Below are positions 19,524 through 28,821 of a stretch of DNA of 64,000 bases, piece after piece. The position numbers and the translations under genes were made by a program. Below the pieces are notes generated by a model. It ran no database searches. It had not been told where the DNA came from and saw only the letters and a program-made list of their open reading frames with translations. The stretch's first letter is position 1; each line of letters begins with the position of its first letter. Source of the stretch: Patescibacteria group bacterium (GTDB lineage: Bacteria; Patescibacteriota; WWE3; 0-14-0-20-40-13); assembly GCA_018896215.1 (NCBI GenBank), contig JAHINB010000003.1:3776-67775 (forward strand), in the 5' to 3' direction.

Positions 19524-20147
19524 ATGTCTACAAATAATTATTCTGCTAGGTTGATTGCGGTTCTCCTTGGAGTCTTTTTGGGTTTAATTTTTGTGTCCCG
19601 AAGCGTTCTGGCCTATTGCGAGGATAGTACTGGTCAAAGATATGATGTTTTGTGCAATACAGATAGTCAATGTCAACAGGATACAGTTGTTATTGGCGGA
19701 GTCGGGGAGAGAATCTGTATGGTAGGAATTATTTGTCAGCTAAATGTTGCTGCTCCTGTCGGTGCCAGGATGGCTCCAGGTTTTAACAATGCTCTTCCTG
19801 CCTCCGAAAAGGGAGTCTGTGTGTCTTCGTTGGGGTATATAAACATTGCTCGAAACAAAATTGTTGGCGGATACAGTTTAACGGGAACTGGTTTGCGGGA
19901 TCTGATTAACAATGTTACCTTGGCGGTGGGTGTTGTTGTGGGGCTAATATTTTTTGTGATGCTGATTTTGGGTGGAATTGCGTACATGATGAGTAGTGGA
20001 GACGAAAAACAGCTAACTAAAGCTAAGCAACAAATAACCGCAGGACTCATTGGGCTGGTGATTGTTTTTATGGCGTGGTGGGTGGTAAAAATAATTAGTG
20101 TAATTTTTGGAATTAATATTTTACAACCGTCATTTACAGGTCCTTGA
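19524..20147 (+). CDS. Pilin 2 with Cys-rich N-terminal domain
   Basis: Signal peptide, 6 Cys, then GGIAYMMSSGDEK..AKQQITAGLIG. Confidence 0.8.
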   Translation: MSTNNYSARLIAVLLGVFLGLIFVSRSVLAYCEDSTGQRYDVLCNTDSQCQQDTVVIGGVGERICMVGIICQLNVAAPVGARMAPGFNNALPASEKGVCVSSLGYINIARNKIVGGYSLTGTGLRDLINNVTLAVGVVVGLIFFVMLILGGIAYMMSSGDEKQLTKAKQQITAGLIGLVIVFMAWWVVKIISVIFGINILQPSFTGP

Positions 20148-20150
20148 TAT

Positions 20151-20528
20151 ATGAATATTTTACTTGCAAGAACATTTGATCTTTTTGATAAAACTAAACC
20201 CGCTGATGGTATTTTCGGAGTGATCCCAGGCTCTCAAAAAGATGCCGCCCTTGGAGGTAGTGCGAATTTGTTTGTTGAGACAATAAGTTATGTGGTTATT
20301 GCTGCGGGAGTTGTTGCGGGGCTGATACTATTGGGAATGTTGATAATGGGAGCAATAACTTACATGACGAGTGCGGGAGACGAAAAGGTTTTAACTAGAG
20401 CCAAACAACAGATGACTAACGCCGTTATTGGGTTTGTTATTATAGCTATGTCTTATTGGATTGTTAGAATTATTGGTACAATTTTTGGATTACCGAATAT
20501 TTTAAAACCAACATTTATAGGTCCATAA
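20151..20528 (+). CDS. Pilin 3
   Basis: GAITYMTSAGDEK..AKQQMTNAVIG. Confidence 0.8.
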   Translation: MNILLARTFDLFDKTKPADGIFGVIPGSQKDAALGGSANLFVETISYVVIAAGVVAGLILLGMLIMGAITYMTSAGDEKVLTRAKQQMTNAVIGFVIIAMSYWIVRIIGTIFGLPNILKPTFIGP

Positions 20529-20531
20529 AAT

Positions 20532-20891
20532 ATGACAAAAAACTTATTGGCGATAACAGAATTTAAACCGGATAAATATATTGGTGGGGTGCTTCCTAGC
20601 CAGAGTTCCGGCGCTACCCAGCCCGCCGAGTCAATTTTTGGTCAAACGGTGCAGTATATAATTTCTGCTGCATTTGTCATCTCGGGACTTGCCTTTCTGG
20701 TGACTTTTATTATGGGGGCGTTTACTTACCTATCCAGCGCTGGGGATGAGAAGCAGTTGGATAAGGCCAAAAAGACTATGACTAATGGCGTGATAGGCTT
20801 TGTAATTATGGCAGTAACATTTTTGATCGTTAACCTATTAGAGAATATCTTTGGGATAGCGCTTACTACTTTTACATTTGAAGGACTTTAA
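20532..20891 (+). CDS. Pilin 4
   Basis: GAFTYLSSAGDEK..AKKTMTNGVIG. Confidence 0.8.
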   Translation: MTKNLLAITEFKPDKYIGGVLPSQSSGATQPAESIFGQTVQYIISAAFVISGLAFLVTFIMGAFTYLSSAGDEKQLDKAKKTMTNGVIGFVIMAVTFLIVNLLENIFGIALTTFTFEGL

Positions 20892-20897
20892 AATATT

Positions 20898-21512
20898 ATG
20901 ACTACTAATTATGGGAATTTAAATCCAGTTGGGTACTTTGGTAGCGCCATAAAAACTGGGCAATTTGTTTCGGTGATTATTACGGTAATAACTGTTGTTG
21001 CTGGGCTGTACTTTTTAGTTAACCTTGCCATGGGGGGTTTAAGCTACGCCACAAGTGCGGGGGACGAAAAGGAGCTTGCCAAGGCTAGAAAAACACTTAG
21101 CAACGCGCTATTGGGGTTTCTTCTTGTGGTATCTTCATATTTTATTTCTGGTTATGTGGCTTTAAGACTTGGAATGCAAGATATTCTAAAACCTGCCATT
21201 AATACCGCAAGCAATACCTCCCTTGTATGTGTAAATATTACTATGACTCCAGCGAACCCGTCTACCACAGTTGCCTCTTATGATATATATCTGCACTCTG
21301 CTGGTGTAGACTTTTACAAATCACACTGGACAAAGACGGTTGGTGAGGATGTCATATCTTTAAGTTTTTCTAAATCTGCATTTCCAGTTGTAGCAGTGAC
21401 AGCACTTGTGGTACCTATTATTCCAGGTGCTGGAGCCCAGCCTCCGAAAATAGGAATGTTGGGCGCGTATGATGCGAATGGATGCTACTTTACAGAATTT
21501 GATAATTTGTAA
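20898..21512 (+). CDS. Pilin 5 with C-terminal extension
   Basis: GGLSYATSAGDEK..ARKTLSNALLG plus about 100 extra residues with 2 Cys. Confidence 0.8.
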   Translation: MTTNYGNLNPVGYFGSAIKTGQFVSVIITVITVVAGLYFLVNLAMGGLSYATSAGDEKELAKARKTLSNALLGFLLVVSSYFISGYVALRLGMQDILKPAINTASNTSLVCVNITMTPANPSTTVASYDIYLHSAGVDFYKSHWTKTVGEDVISLSFSKSAFPVVAVTALVVPIIPGAGAQPPKIGMLGAYDANGCYFTEFDNL

Positions 21513-21518
21513 TCAATT

Positions 21519-21869
21519 ATGGAGAAAAAATTTCTAACATTTAGCCTAGGGGATGTAAAAAACAACGCTATACCTAACGCAGTTCCGCAAACTGGTAGTA
21601 ATACATATACTGGGAACATAGAGTCTATCATCAGTGTTATTATTGGAACGATAACAATTATTGCTGGTGTTGCCTTGTTGCTCTACTTGGCGATGGGGGC
21701 GTTTACCTATATGACAGCAGGGGGGGACGAAAAGGCGGCGACCAAAGCTAAAGGCATGATCACGGATGCGGTGATTGGACTGATTATAGTTGTTGCCAGC
21801 ATGACCATTGCGACAATTTTATTAAAGATTTTTGGATTAGATATTAAAGCCCTGCCCTGGTATTCCTAA
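21519..21869 (+). CDS. Pilin 6
   Basis: GAFTYMTAGGDEK..AKGMITDAVIG. Confidence 0.8.
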   Translation: MEKKFLTFSLGDVKNNAIPNAVPQTGSNTYTGNIESIISVIIGTITIIAGVALLLYLAMGAFTYMTAGGDEKAATKAKGMITDAVIGLIIVVASMTIATILLKIFGLDIKALPWYS

Positions 21870-21871
21870 TT

Positions 21872-22219
21872 ATGAAATTAGCTGTTATTACAAACCCCGC
21901 TCTTCCCTCCGGATCGTCGGTGCAAACCGCCTCGGGTTTTGCTAACTATGTTTCGATTGCTCTGCGCACCATGTACATTATCGGTGGTGTTGCCATGACC
22001 GTAATTTTAGTTTATGGGGGACTCATGTACATTACCAGCGTCGGCGACGATAAAGCGCTTTCTAAAGCTAAAAAAATTATGACCGACGCTATTATTGGCA
22101 TTATAATTTTGGCTTCTACCATTCCCATCGCTAAAATTTTAGAAAGTATTTTTGGCTTAAATATCTTTAATATTAGTTTTCCGGCTTTTTCTGATTTTAT
22201 TGGAGTTGGAGGAACTTAA
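21872..22219 (+). CDS. Pilin 7
   Basis: GGLMYITSVGDDK..AKKIMTDAIIG. Confidence 0.8.
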   Translation: MKLAVITNPALPSGSSVQTASGFANYVSIALRTMYIIGGVAMTVILVYGGLMYITSVGDDKALSKAKKIMTDAIIGIIILASTIPIAKILESIFGLNIFNISFPAFSDFIGVGGT

Positions 22220-22220
22220 G

Positions 22221-22922
22221 ATGCTTGATTTAACTCAATTGATCGCCCCAGTTTACGCCGCCGTTTCTGGCGGGACAGTAGATACCAGCTCCTGGCAACC
22301 GGAAAACTTTAAAGGGCTGATAGAAATCGCCATTCGGACGCTTTTTGTGGTTGGGGGCGTAGCCTTTGTGATTTTGTTTTTAGTTGGCGCAATACGATAT
22401 ATCACTAGCGGGGGAGATGTTAAAGCGGTGGATGGGGCAAAGAAAAATATTACCGCGGCAATTGTGGGGGTTTTGATTTTAGCTTCGGTTTACACTGTGG
22501 CGTGGTTTTTAAATAGGACCCTGGGCGCGCCGACTTTTGGTGGAGTTGTTAGTTGGACAGGGAGTGGGGGTGGGTACACCAGTCCCCCTGGAGTTGGCGC
22601 AATCCCAAGTGGTTGCGCACCAGATAATTGTCCATTTGATGGTAGAACTGGCAATAACCGTTGTTTTGGAGGCTGGACTTTTGGTTGCGATTTAGTTTCT
22701 GATCCCAAACAAAAATCTAAGTGCTTTAGATTAAGCAATGCTTCTGGTGGATGGGATTCGGGAAGTCACAACAAATGGATCTTAAATGCTTGTCAAGTTC
22801 CGGGAGAAACAGATCCAGCAAAAACTCTTGTCGATTTTCCGGTTGGTGATTGGGGTGATGTCTGTGTTCCTCATGATCAAGGCGTGAGTTCTAAATCTTG
22901 TGATTGTGGACAATGCTTGTAG
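22221..22922 (+). CDS. Pilin 8 with 10-Cys C-terminal domain
   Basis: GAIRYITSGGDVK..AKKNITAAIVG, Gly/Ser linker, then a Cys-rich tail ending CDCGQCL. Confidence 0.8.
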   Translation: MLDLTQLIAPVYAAVSGGTVDTSSWQPENFKGLIEIAIRTLFVVGGVAFVILFLVGAIRYITSGGDVKAVDGAKKNITAAIVGVLILASVYTVAWFLNRTLGAPTFGGVVSWTGSGGGYTSPPGVGAIPSGCAPDNCPFDGRTGNNRCFGGWTFGCDLVSDPKQKSKCFRLSNASGGWDSGSHNKWILNACQVPGETDPAKTLVDFPVGDWGDVCVPHDQGVSSKSCDCGQCL

Positions 22923-22996
22923 TTCCGAATGCTTGCAAAGAGATTAGTTGTTAGTTACAATGATTAAAGTTTAACTTGGGAGGTGAGTAAATTACT

Positions 22997-23410
22997 ATGA
23001 ACTTCAAAAAAATACTCGGATCGGTGTCGCTTGCCACAGCAACCGCCTTGTCTTTGGTCAAAGGTGTGTTTGCGGCTGGTGTGGATTTGTCCATACAAAC
23101 AGGAACTTTTCCAACTGGTTCGCAAAGGTCGTTTGGAAGCTTTTTTAGCTTTGCCATCAGAATACTGTTTGCCTTGGGCGGAATCCTGATGCTGGTCTTT
23201 TTGATTATGGGTGGGATTCGCTACATTACCAGCGGAGGCGACAAATTGCAGGCGCAAGGCGCCAGAGACATGATTACCAACGCTTTAATTGGAATCATTA
23301 TTATTGCCGCATCTTACGCTATAGCAACTTTGCTGAATAGCTTGTTTGGAATTGATATCTTTAATGCTACAATCAGTATTCCAATGACCAATCCTGTTGT
23401 TTCACCATAA
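22997..23410 (+). CDS. Pilin 9 (candidate major pilin)
   Basis: Signal peptide (..VFA-A), GGIRYITSGGDK..ARDMITNALIG; strong SD GGGAGGTGA. Confidence 0.8.
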   Translation: MNFKKILGSVSLATATALSLVKGVFAAGVDLSIQTGTFPTGSQRSFGSFFSFAIRILFALGGILMLVFLIMGGIRYITSGGDKLQAQGARDMITNALIGIIIIAASYAIATLLNSLFGIDIFNATISIPMTNPVVSP

Positions 23411-23411
23411 A

Positions 23412-23463
23412 CTCAAATCGCGCGATTTGAGACGCAAAAGCCGCGGTTTTTACCGCGGTTTTT
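23412..23463. terminator. Perfect 20-bp palindrome plus probable bidirectional terminator
   Basis: CTCAAATCGCGCGATTTGAG then AAAAGCCGCGGT-TTT..ACCGCGGTTTTT between convergent genes. Confidence 0.6.
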
Positions 23464-24361
23464 GGTTGTAGTCAAAAACTCCCTTAGAAATTAAAGCGAT
23501 TCTTTCCATGGCATCTGGCGGGGAGTCGCTTTGCGACATTACCACTAGAATATAATTTCCGTTATCCGTAAAAACTATTCCAGCATCATGCTTAAAAGAG
23601 TCAATCTCTCCTGTTTTATGGGCAACTTTTACTGTGGGGGGTAAATATTTTGGCAACCCATTATTTAATTGCTGGTTTGCCAAAAGATTAAGCATTTCTT
23701 GAGTGTTTTGCTGATTGGCAAGTTCGCTTTGATAGAGTTTTTTAAAAAAGAGAGCCGTATCGTAGGGTGTGGTTGTAGGGGGAGTGTTGTATGATCCCAA
23801 ATTTGATTTGGTAAGACCATTTTCTTTTAAAAATGTGGCAACAGCGGATAAACCCACTTTTTCGGTTAAAAGTAGCGCCGTGTAATTGTCCGAAACGGTA
23901 ATCATTTGGGTTAAGGCATCAGCGACTGTAAAGGTAACTTCCCCTTCGGTTTGTTCGGCAGAATTTGCATCAATATTAAATTCTTGATTTAGTACAGTCG
24001 CATCCTGACTTAAAACCTGGTTTTCTTGTAACTGTCCATTTTTAATTTGCTGGTAAGCTGTTGCCATAACCCAGAGTTTATACAAGCTTCCAGCGTCAAA
24101 AACAATCTGTTCGTTAGAATAGTAAGTTTCGCCGGTTTTAAGATTCTGGATAACTATCCCATATGTTCCAGTTGCTCCTTCCAAGGCGGTATTAACAATA
24201 TCTTTTAAAGGGGTCGTTTGATTAAGATTCGTCTCTTCTTTCGTTAGGACGAACCTATTGCCACTAATTTTAACGGCAGGACTTAAGAGCAAAAAAACAC
24301 CAAGCACTCCTACAAGTAACAATGGTAAAAGTTTAACAACTCGTTTTTTCTTGTTTTTCAT
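23450..24361 (-). CDS. Class A beta-lactamase-like serine hydrolase (Beta-lactamase2), membrane anchored
   Basis: SxxK (GSLYK), SDN and HKTG motifs. Confidence 0.85.
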   Translation of the reverse strand: MKNKKKRVVKLLPLLLVGVLGVFLLLSPAVKISGNRFVLTKEETNLNQTTPLKDIVNTALEGATGTYGIVIQNLKTGETYYSNEQIVFDAGSLYKLWVMATAYQQIKNGQLQENQVLSQDATVLNQEFNIDANSAEQTEGEVTFTVADALTQMITVSDNYTALLLTEKVGLSAVATFLKENGLTKSNLGSYNTPPTTTPYDTALFFKKLYQSELANQQNTQEMLNLLANQQLNNGLPKYLPPTVKVAHKTGEIDSFKHDAGIVFTDNGNYILVVMSQSDSPPDAMERIALISKGVFDYNQKPR

Positions 24362-24377
24362 GACCAAATTGTATCAT

Positions 24378-24659
24378 TTAAAGCGTACCCTCTATTTTTA
24401 TGGCTTTTCCTTGAATAATTGCCTGGGCAATCTTTTTACTGGCACTGCCTAATAGTCTAGCAAAGGTTGGCTGGGAGATTTTCATTTTTTCCGAAGCTTT
24501 CATCTGCTCTAATCCGTCAATCTCATGTAGTTTTAAGGCCTCTAACTCATCAGGCAACAAAACTACTTCCTCAAGAACCCGTAAAGGAATCCCTTGAGGT
24601 TTAAAGTAGTAAACGGTTGGTTTAAACCGCAAACAGCGGGGTTTTTTTGGTCTGGACAT
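24378..24659 (-). CDS. DUF134 (UPF0251) HTH protein
   Basis: MSRPKKPRC, YFKPQGIP, ELEALKL, MKISQPTF. Confidence 0.88.
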   Translation of the reverse strand: MSRPKKPRCLRFKPTVYYFKPQGIPLRVLEEVVLLPDELEALKLHEIDGLEQMKASEKMKISQPTFARLLGSASKKIAQAIIQGKAIKIEGTL

Positions 24660-24663
24660 ATTG

Positions 24664-24888
24664 TTAATCCTGCTTTTGCAAATTAGCAAGTTCTTTTTCG
24701 GTTTCTTCTATTTCTTCTTGCAGGGCTTTACGGTATGCTTTAATATCCTCAACCTTCTCCTCTTTTGTTTGAGGAACATTCCATCCAAAGTATCTACCTA
24801 ACCCTCTGCCGTATCCACGGCATCTGCCAAATCTCATTCCGGTCATTGGACCTTGTCCTTGCGGACCTGTTTTATCTAATGCTGGCAT
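24664..24888 (-). CDS. DUF5320-family small protein
   Basis: MPxxDxTGPxGxGPMTG, Gly/Arg-rich segment, C-terminal coiled coil. Confidence 0.8.
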   Translation of the reverse strand: MPALDKTGPQGQGPMTGMRFGRCRGYGRGLGRYFGWNVPQTKEEKVEDIKAYRKALQEEIEETEKELANLQKQD

Positions 24889-25117
24889 ATTTTTATATCA
24901 CCCCTTTCAAATTTGTAATGAATATGTATTCATATTATCAAGGGAGTTGTTCTTTGTCAAACCAAAAAAATATTTCTTCCACTTCAGAGGTGGGGGATCC
25001 TAGTTGATAATTATATATTATTAGTAAATGAAGAAATAGTTCGTATTAAAGGGCTAAAAATACTATGCGCCTTGTGGCTTGTTCCGACCCAGGGTCGTGG
25101 AGAAGAATGGGTGCAGT

Positions 25118-25189
25118 CTCCATATATTCCGTCAATATGGAGTTTCCAACTCCATAAACGCTTGACATTGTGGTTCGGTGGGTTACACT
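25118..25189 (+). promoter_or_regulatory. Promoter with upstream inverted repeats
   Basis: TTGACA (25162)-16 nt-TACACT; CTCCATAT..ATATGGAG and TATGGAGTT-TCC-AACTCCATA. Confidence 0.55.
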
Positions 25190-25198
25190 GTACCTAAC

Positions 25199-26359
25199 AT
25201 GATAAAAAGACAAATAATCTTGCCTCAAAATACAAGCTTTTTTCTTTTCGGACCACGCGGTACTGGAAAATCTTATCTTATAAAGGAGCGTTATCCTAAA
25301 TCTGTGTACATAGACTTACTAGAATCCGATACATACCGACAGCTACTAGCAAAACCAGAGAGATTAAGGGAATACGCAACATTAAACAAGAATCTTCCTG
25401 TAGTTATTGACGAAATACAAAGAGTTCCAAATCTATTAAACGAAGTTCACCGCCTAATCGAAAACGAAAAGATAAACTTTGTACTTACTGGATCGAGTGC
25501 TAGAAAACTTAAAGAAACGCAAGCCAATTTACTTGCAGGTAGGGCATTAAAATACAATCTATTTCCACTAACTCTTTCGGAGATAGGGAAAGATGTATCT
25601 TTAGATAGGATTTTAAAAGACGGTCTATTGCCAACTATTTACGACCCTAATAAAAATATCGATCCAGCTAAGTATCTGGAGAGCTATGTACAGATTTACC
25701 TAGAGGAAGAAGTTTTACAGGAGGGTTTAACTAGAAACTTAGCCAATTTTTCGCGTTTCCTAGAAATTGCAAGTTTTTCTCAAGGGCAACAACTAAATGT
25801 GTCAGAAGTAGCAAGAGAATCATCTATAAACAGAAAGGTTGCTGAATCCTACTTTAGAATTTTGTATGATTTACTAATTGCTTACGAACTTCCAGTTTTT
25901 AAAAAAAGAGTAAAAAGAAAACTGGTATCTCAAAGCAAGTTTTATTACTTTGATGTCGGAGTTTATTCCACAATAAAGCCAAAGGGGTTTTTGGATAGGA
26001 GAGAAAATGGAGAAGGCATACTTTACGAAAGCCTTGTTCTCCAGGAAATTGTGGCTACCAACTCTTATCTAGGCTCAAAATACGAAATTAGTTACTGGAG
26101 AACAAAAAGTGGTGTCGAGGTAGATTTTGTGCTTTACGGGGAAGACAAATTAATTGCAATAGAGGTTAAAAGAAAAGATAATATTTTAAAAAGTGATATT
26201 ACTGGGTTGTTAACATTTAAAACCGATTATCCTATGGTAAAGTCGTTTGTCTTTTACGGAGGAGATAAGATATTAAATATAAATGGTGTTATAGCTATAC
26301 CAATAAAAGAGGCTCTTTTGAACTTAACGGAGATATTCCAAGGAAGCTATCCAGGTTAG
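25199..26359 (+). CDS. AAA+ ATPase, AAA_14/DUF4143 family
   Basis: GPRGTGKS, IDEIQR, TGSSARKL, KFYYFDVG, EVDFV..AIEVK. Confidence 0.9.
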   Translation: MIKRQIILPQNTSFFLFGPRGTGKSYLIKERYPKSVYIDLLESDTYRQLLAKPERLREYATLNKNLPVVIDEIQRVPNLLNEVHRLIENEKINFVLTGSSARKLKETQANLLAGRALKYNLFPLTLSEIGKDVSLDRILKDGLLPTIYDPNKNIDPAKYLESYVQIYLEEEVLQEGLTRNLANFSRFLEIASFSQGQQLNVSEVARESSINRKVAESYFRILYDLLIAYELPVFKKRVKRKLVSQSKFYYFDVGVYSTIKPKGFLDRRENGEGILYESLVLQEIVATNSYLGSKYEISYWRTKSGVEVDFVLYGEDKLIAIEVKRKDNILKSDITGLLTFKTDYPMVKSFVFYGGDKILNINGVIAIPIKEALLNLTEIFQGSYPG

Positions 26360-26402
26360 ATTATAAAAGACAAATTTTCTGCAATCTAGCTCCACATACA
26401 GT

Positions 26403-26722
26403 TTATTTCTTTCTCATCGCAATAATCAAACCTTCATGATGCCCGTACTTTCCGCCTTTCCACCGATTAGTTTCCACCTTTACTATGTCAAAATATTTTC
26501 CATATTGTTTTTTAACATCTTCAATGCTGCGGCAACCTAGGTTATTATAGTTTGGATCTTTAGCGATGTTTGCTTTGTATCCCGGATGGTTTTTACTGAA
26601 CCCAAAATACATCAAGTACCCCTTGGGTTTAAGTACACGTATGCAATTGCCGAAGGTTTAGTGTTAAACCAAGGTTTTTTGGGAACAAAGATTTCGGTAA
26701 GCTTCTGATAAAGAATATTCAT
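26403..26722 (-). pseudogene. Probable remnant of a SAM methyltransferase (internal deletion/frameshift)
   Basis: CIRVLKPKGYLMY post-motif-II segment is out of frame with a short N-terminus MNILYQKL..; motif I is missing. Confidence 0.45.
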
Positions 26723-26785
26723 TATAAGGAGGACGAACGATGTTGGAACCCCTTTCTAAAGACCTAATAACAAGAAACTGCCTTA

Positions 26786-27967
26786 CTAAAGAACAACTGG
26801 TGATAAAAACCCTGGTTTTTCCAGAAATCTTTTTGAGACGACATAATTTTGAGATATTCCAAGTTCTAAAGATAAAGTGGAGAGTTTGGAAAAATCCCGC
26901 ACTGTTCCAGTAAGTTTTATCTCGAAAGCAATATGTTTATCTAAAATAGCGTCAATCTCGGCGGTATTGCGTTTATTATAGAAACTGATTTTATTGTAGC
27001 CCGAAAGTTGGTTTATAACAGCATTCTCAAATACCTGTGCTTCGCTCACTTTTCCAATCACATTCAAAAGTCCAGTGTCCGTAAAGAAGACCTTTTTACC
27101 TCCTGCTACGGCTCTATCAATACTATTGCTAAATCTTGGCAAAAGCCGAATAAAAAATGTCCCCTGCAAAAATTCAAGAAAACGATATATCTTTACTCTA
27201 TCAATAGAGAGCTCACTGGATAAACGGGTTACATCAAGCATTGACCCAACTCGGGGAACCAGAAGTAAAATCATATCTCGAAGTTCTCGAATATCTGTGT
27301 AGTCTGATAATATTTTAATATTTTTTTCAAAAAACGATGCGAAGATATTTTTGAGAACCATCACCTTCATATTTTTATCCTCTGTTGTTACCACTTCAGG
27401 AAAGCCACCGTATGTGAGAAAATCATCATATTCTGCAACACGCGCTTTATGAGTAAAAATACTATTTTTACTTGGCGCATCTTGTAAAGTAAGATTTAGA
27501 ATTTCCTTTAGAGAAACAACATCTCTAAAGTAGAGATATTCTTGGAAGCTTAATGGAGGAAGTTCGTACAAGAATTTACGACCAGATAAAGACTCGGGAA
27601 ATAGGGTTTTTAAGTAATAGTTGGAAGAACCTGTTAGATAGAATTTAACACTATAATGGTCGATTAGATACTTAATAACTTTAGTTATCTCAGGGAAATT
27701 TTGAATTTCGTCAATAAACACAGATAAATTACTAGCCTTTTTTCCCATGTCAGTAAGTCTTTTATAGATTACTCTGTAATCTTCGTCTTCAAATATTTTC
27801 TGATCGAGTGGGTTACCAAAATCAAACCACAATTTTGGCTCTTTTACTTCTTCGTATATCTGGCGCATTAGAGTTGTCTTTCCGACTTGTCGCATACCAG
27901 TAATAAGAAGTGCGTTTTTATGATTGAGATGTTTTATTAATTCGTAATACAGAAGTCTCTTTTTCAT
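26786..27967 (-). CDS. AAA+ ATPase, AAA_14/DUF4143 family
   Basis: GMRQVGKT, IDEIQ, TGSS, ESLSGRK, KVFFTDTG, EIDAI..AFEIK. Confidence 0.9.
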   Translation of the reverse strand: MKKRLLYYELIKHLNHKNALLITGMRQVGKTTLMRQIYEEVKEPKLWFDFGNPLDQKIFEDEDYRVIYKRLTDMGKKASNLSVFIDEIQNFPEITKVIKYLIDHYSVKFYLTGSSNYYLKTLFPESLSGRKFLYELPPLSFQEYLYFRDVVSLKEILNLTLQDAPSKNSIFTHKARVAEYDDFLTYGGFPEVVTTEDKNMKVMVLKNIFASFFEKNIKILSDYTDIRELRDMILLLVPRVGSMLDVTRLSSELSIDRVKIYRFLEFLQGTFFIRLLPRFSNSIDRAVAGGKKVFFTDTGLLNVIGKVSEAQVFENAVINQLSGYNKISFYNKRNTAEIDAILDKHIAFEIKLTGTVRDFSKLSTLSLELGISQNYVVSKRFLEKPGFLSPVVL

Positions 27968-28047
27968 GGTGTAAATATATTGTTACAAATCTGCGTTAAT
28001 TTGTAAAGAGTTGTTTTTTATGTGCTTTGGTTATATTAAGTACCAAC

Positions 28048-28122
28048 TGGCTCCGCGGCCTGGATTTGAACCAGGAACCATCTCGTTAACAGCGAGCCGC
28101 GCTACCGTTGCGCCACCGCGGA
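28048..28122 (-). tRNA. tRNA-Asn(GTT)
   Basis: TCCGCGG/CCGCGGA acceptor stem, CTCG-CT-GTT-AA-CGAG, GGTTCAAATCC, CCA end. Confidence 0.95.
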
Positions 28123-28134
28123 ATACATTATATC

Positions 28135-28821
28135 TTATACCACAAAACTATCAAAAATCCCAGCCATCCACCCATTTAATAACCTTTTTACTTTAGCGTT
28201 GCCAACTCTAATAGAAAAGACTCCGTAACTGTGTATATTTTTTCTTATCTTATTACTATTGTTTTTAGGTTTTACCTTGTAGGTTTTGTGAAATCTTTCT
28301 ACTGGTATCCCAGATATTTTCGACCAAAATTCCTTAGCTTTATTTTCGTCTAAATTATCGTGAATCCATATAGCCCCCTTTAGTTTTTTATCATCCATAT
28401 CACAAAACTCTCTAAACCACCCTGCCATAAAGCTAATTACTTTGGGATCAGTGTTTGCAAATCCTATGGACTTATCACCTTTGGTACCTTCTGCACAATA
28501 AAGTGCTACCCCAATTACAAACCGATCTCTTTTTGTAAGTTTTCCTACTTGATTCTTTCCAATTTGGCGCAAATCCTCGATTTGCTTTATTCTTCTTGCC
28601 TGTTGCCTTTTTGCACCGATTATTCTACCTCTTTCTGCTCCTAATAATTTCTTTTTTGACAATCGTAAAGCTTGCTCTTCGGTTAAAGCTATATCCCTAC
28701 ACCACACGCTAAGAGTACCTTTAGAAACTACAATCTTCTCTCTAATTTCTCTGTAGGAATATCCCGAAGCCCTCATTTTTTGTGCCAGTAATTTTCTTTC
28801 GAGATCTTTGTAACCACCCAT
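28135..28821 (-). CDS. HTH + LAGLIDADG-like domain protein adjacent to tRNA-Asn
   Basis: GYSYREI..VSKGTLSVW HTH; GVALYCAEGTK, FANTDP, FWS, YGVF. Confidence 0.6.
   Translation of the reverse strand: MGGYKDLERKLLAQKMRASGYSYREIREKIVVSKGTLSVWCRDIALTEEQALRLSKKKLLGAERGRIIGAKRQQARRIKQIEDLRQIGKNQVGKLTKRDRFVIGVALYCAEGTKGDKSIGFANTDPKVISFMAGWFREFCDMDDKKLKGAIWIHDNLDENKAKEFWSKISGIPVERFHKTYKVKPKNNSNKIRKNIHSYGVFSIRVGNAKVKRLLNGWMAGIFDSFVV

Noticed and set aside
19224-23410. Diversity-generating retroelement, shufflon or conjugative element behind the pilin array
   Set aside because: No reverse transcriptase, invertase, relaxase, VirB4 or near-identical template/variable repeat is visible in the window.
23450-24361. 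Bona fide antibiotic-resistance beta-lactamase
   Set aside because: It has SxxK/SDN/KTG, but no recognisable E166 omega-loop motif. Better described as a PBP-like serine hydrolase.
24960-25120. Possible ncRNA (SRP/6S) in the GC-richer intergenic stretch
   Set aside because: No SRP helix-8 motif or extended pairing could be identified by eye.
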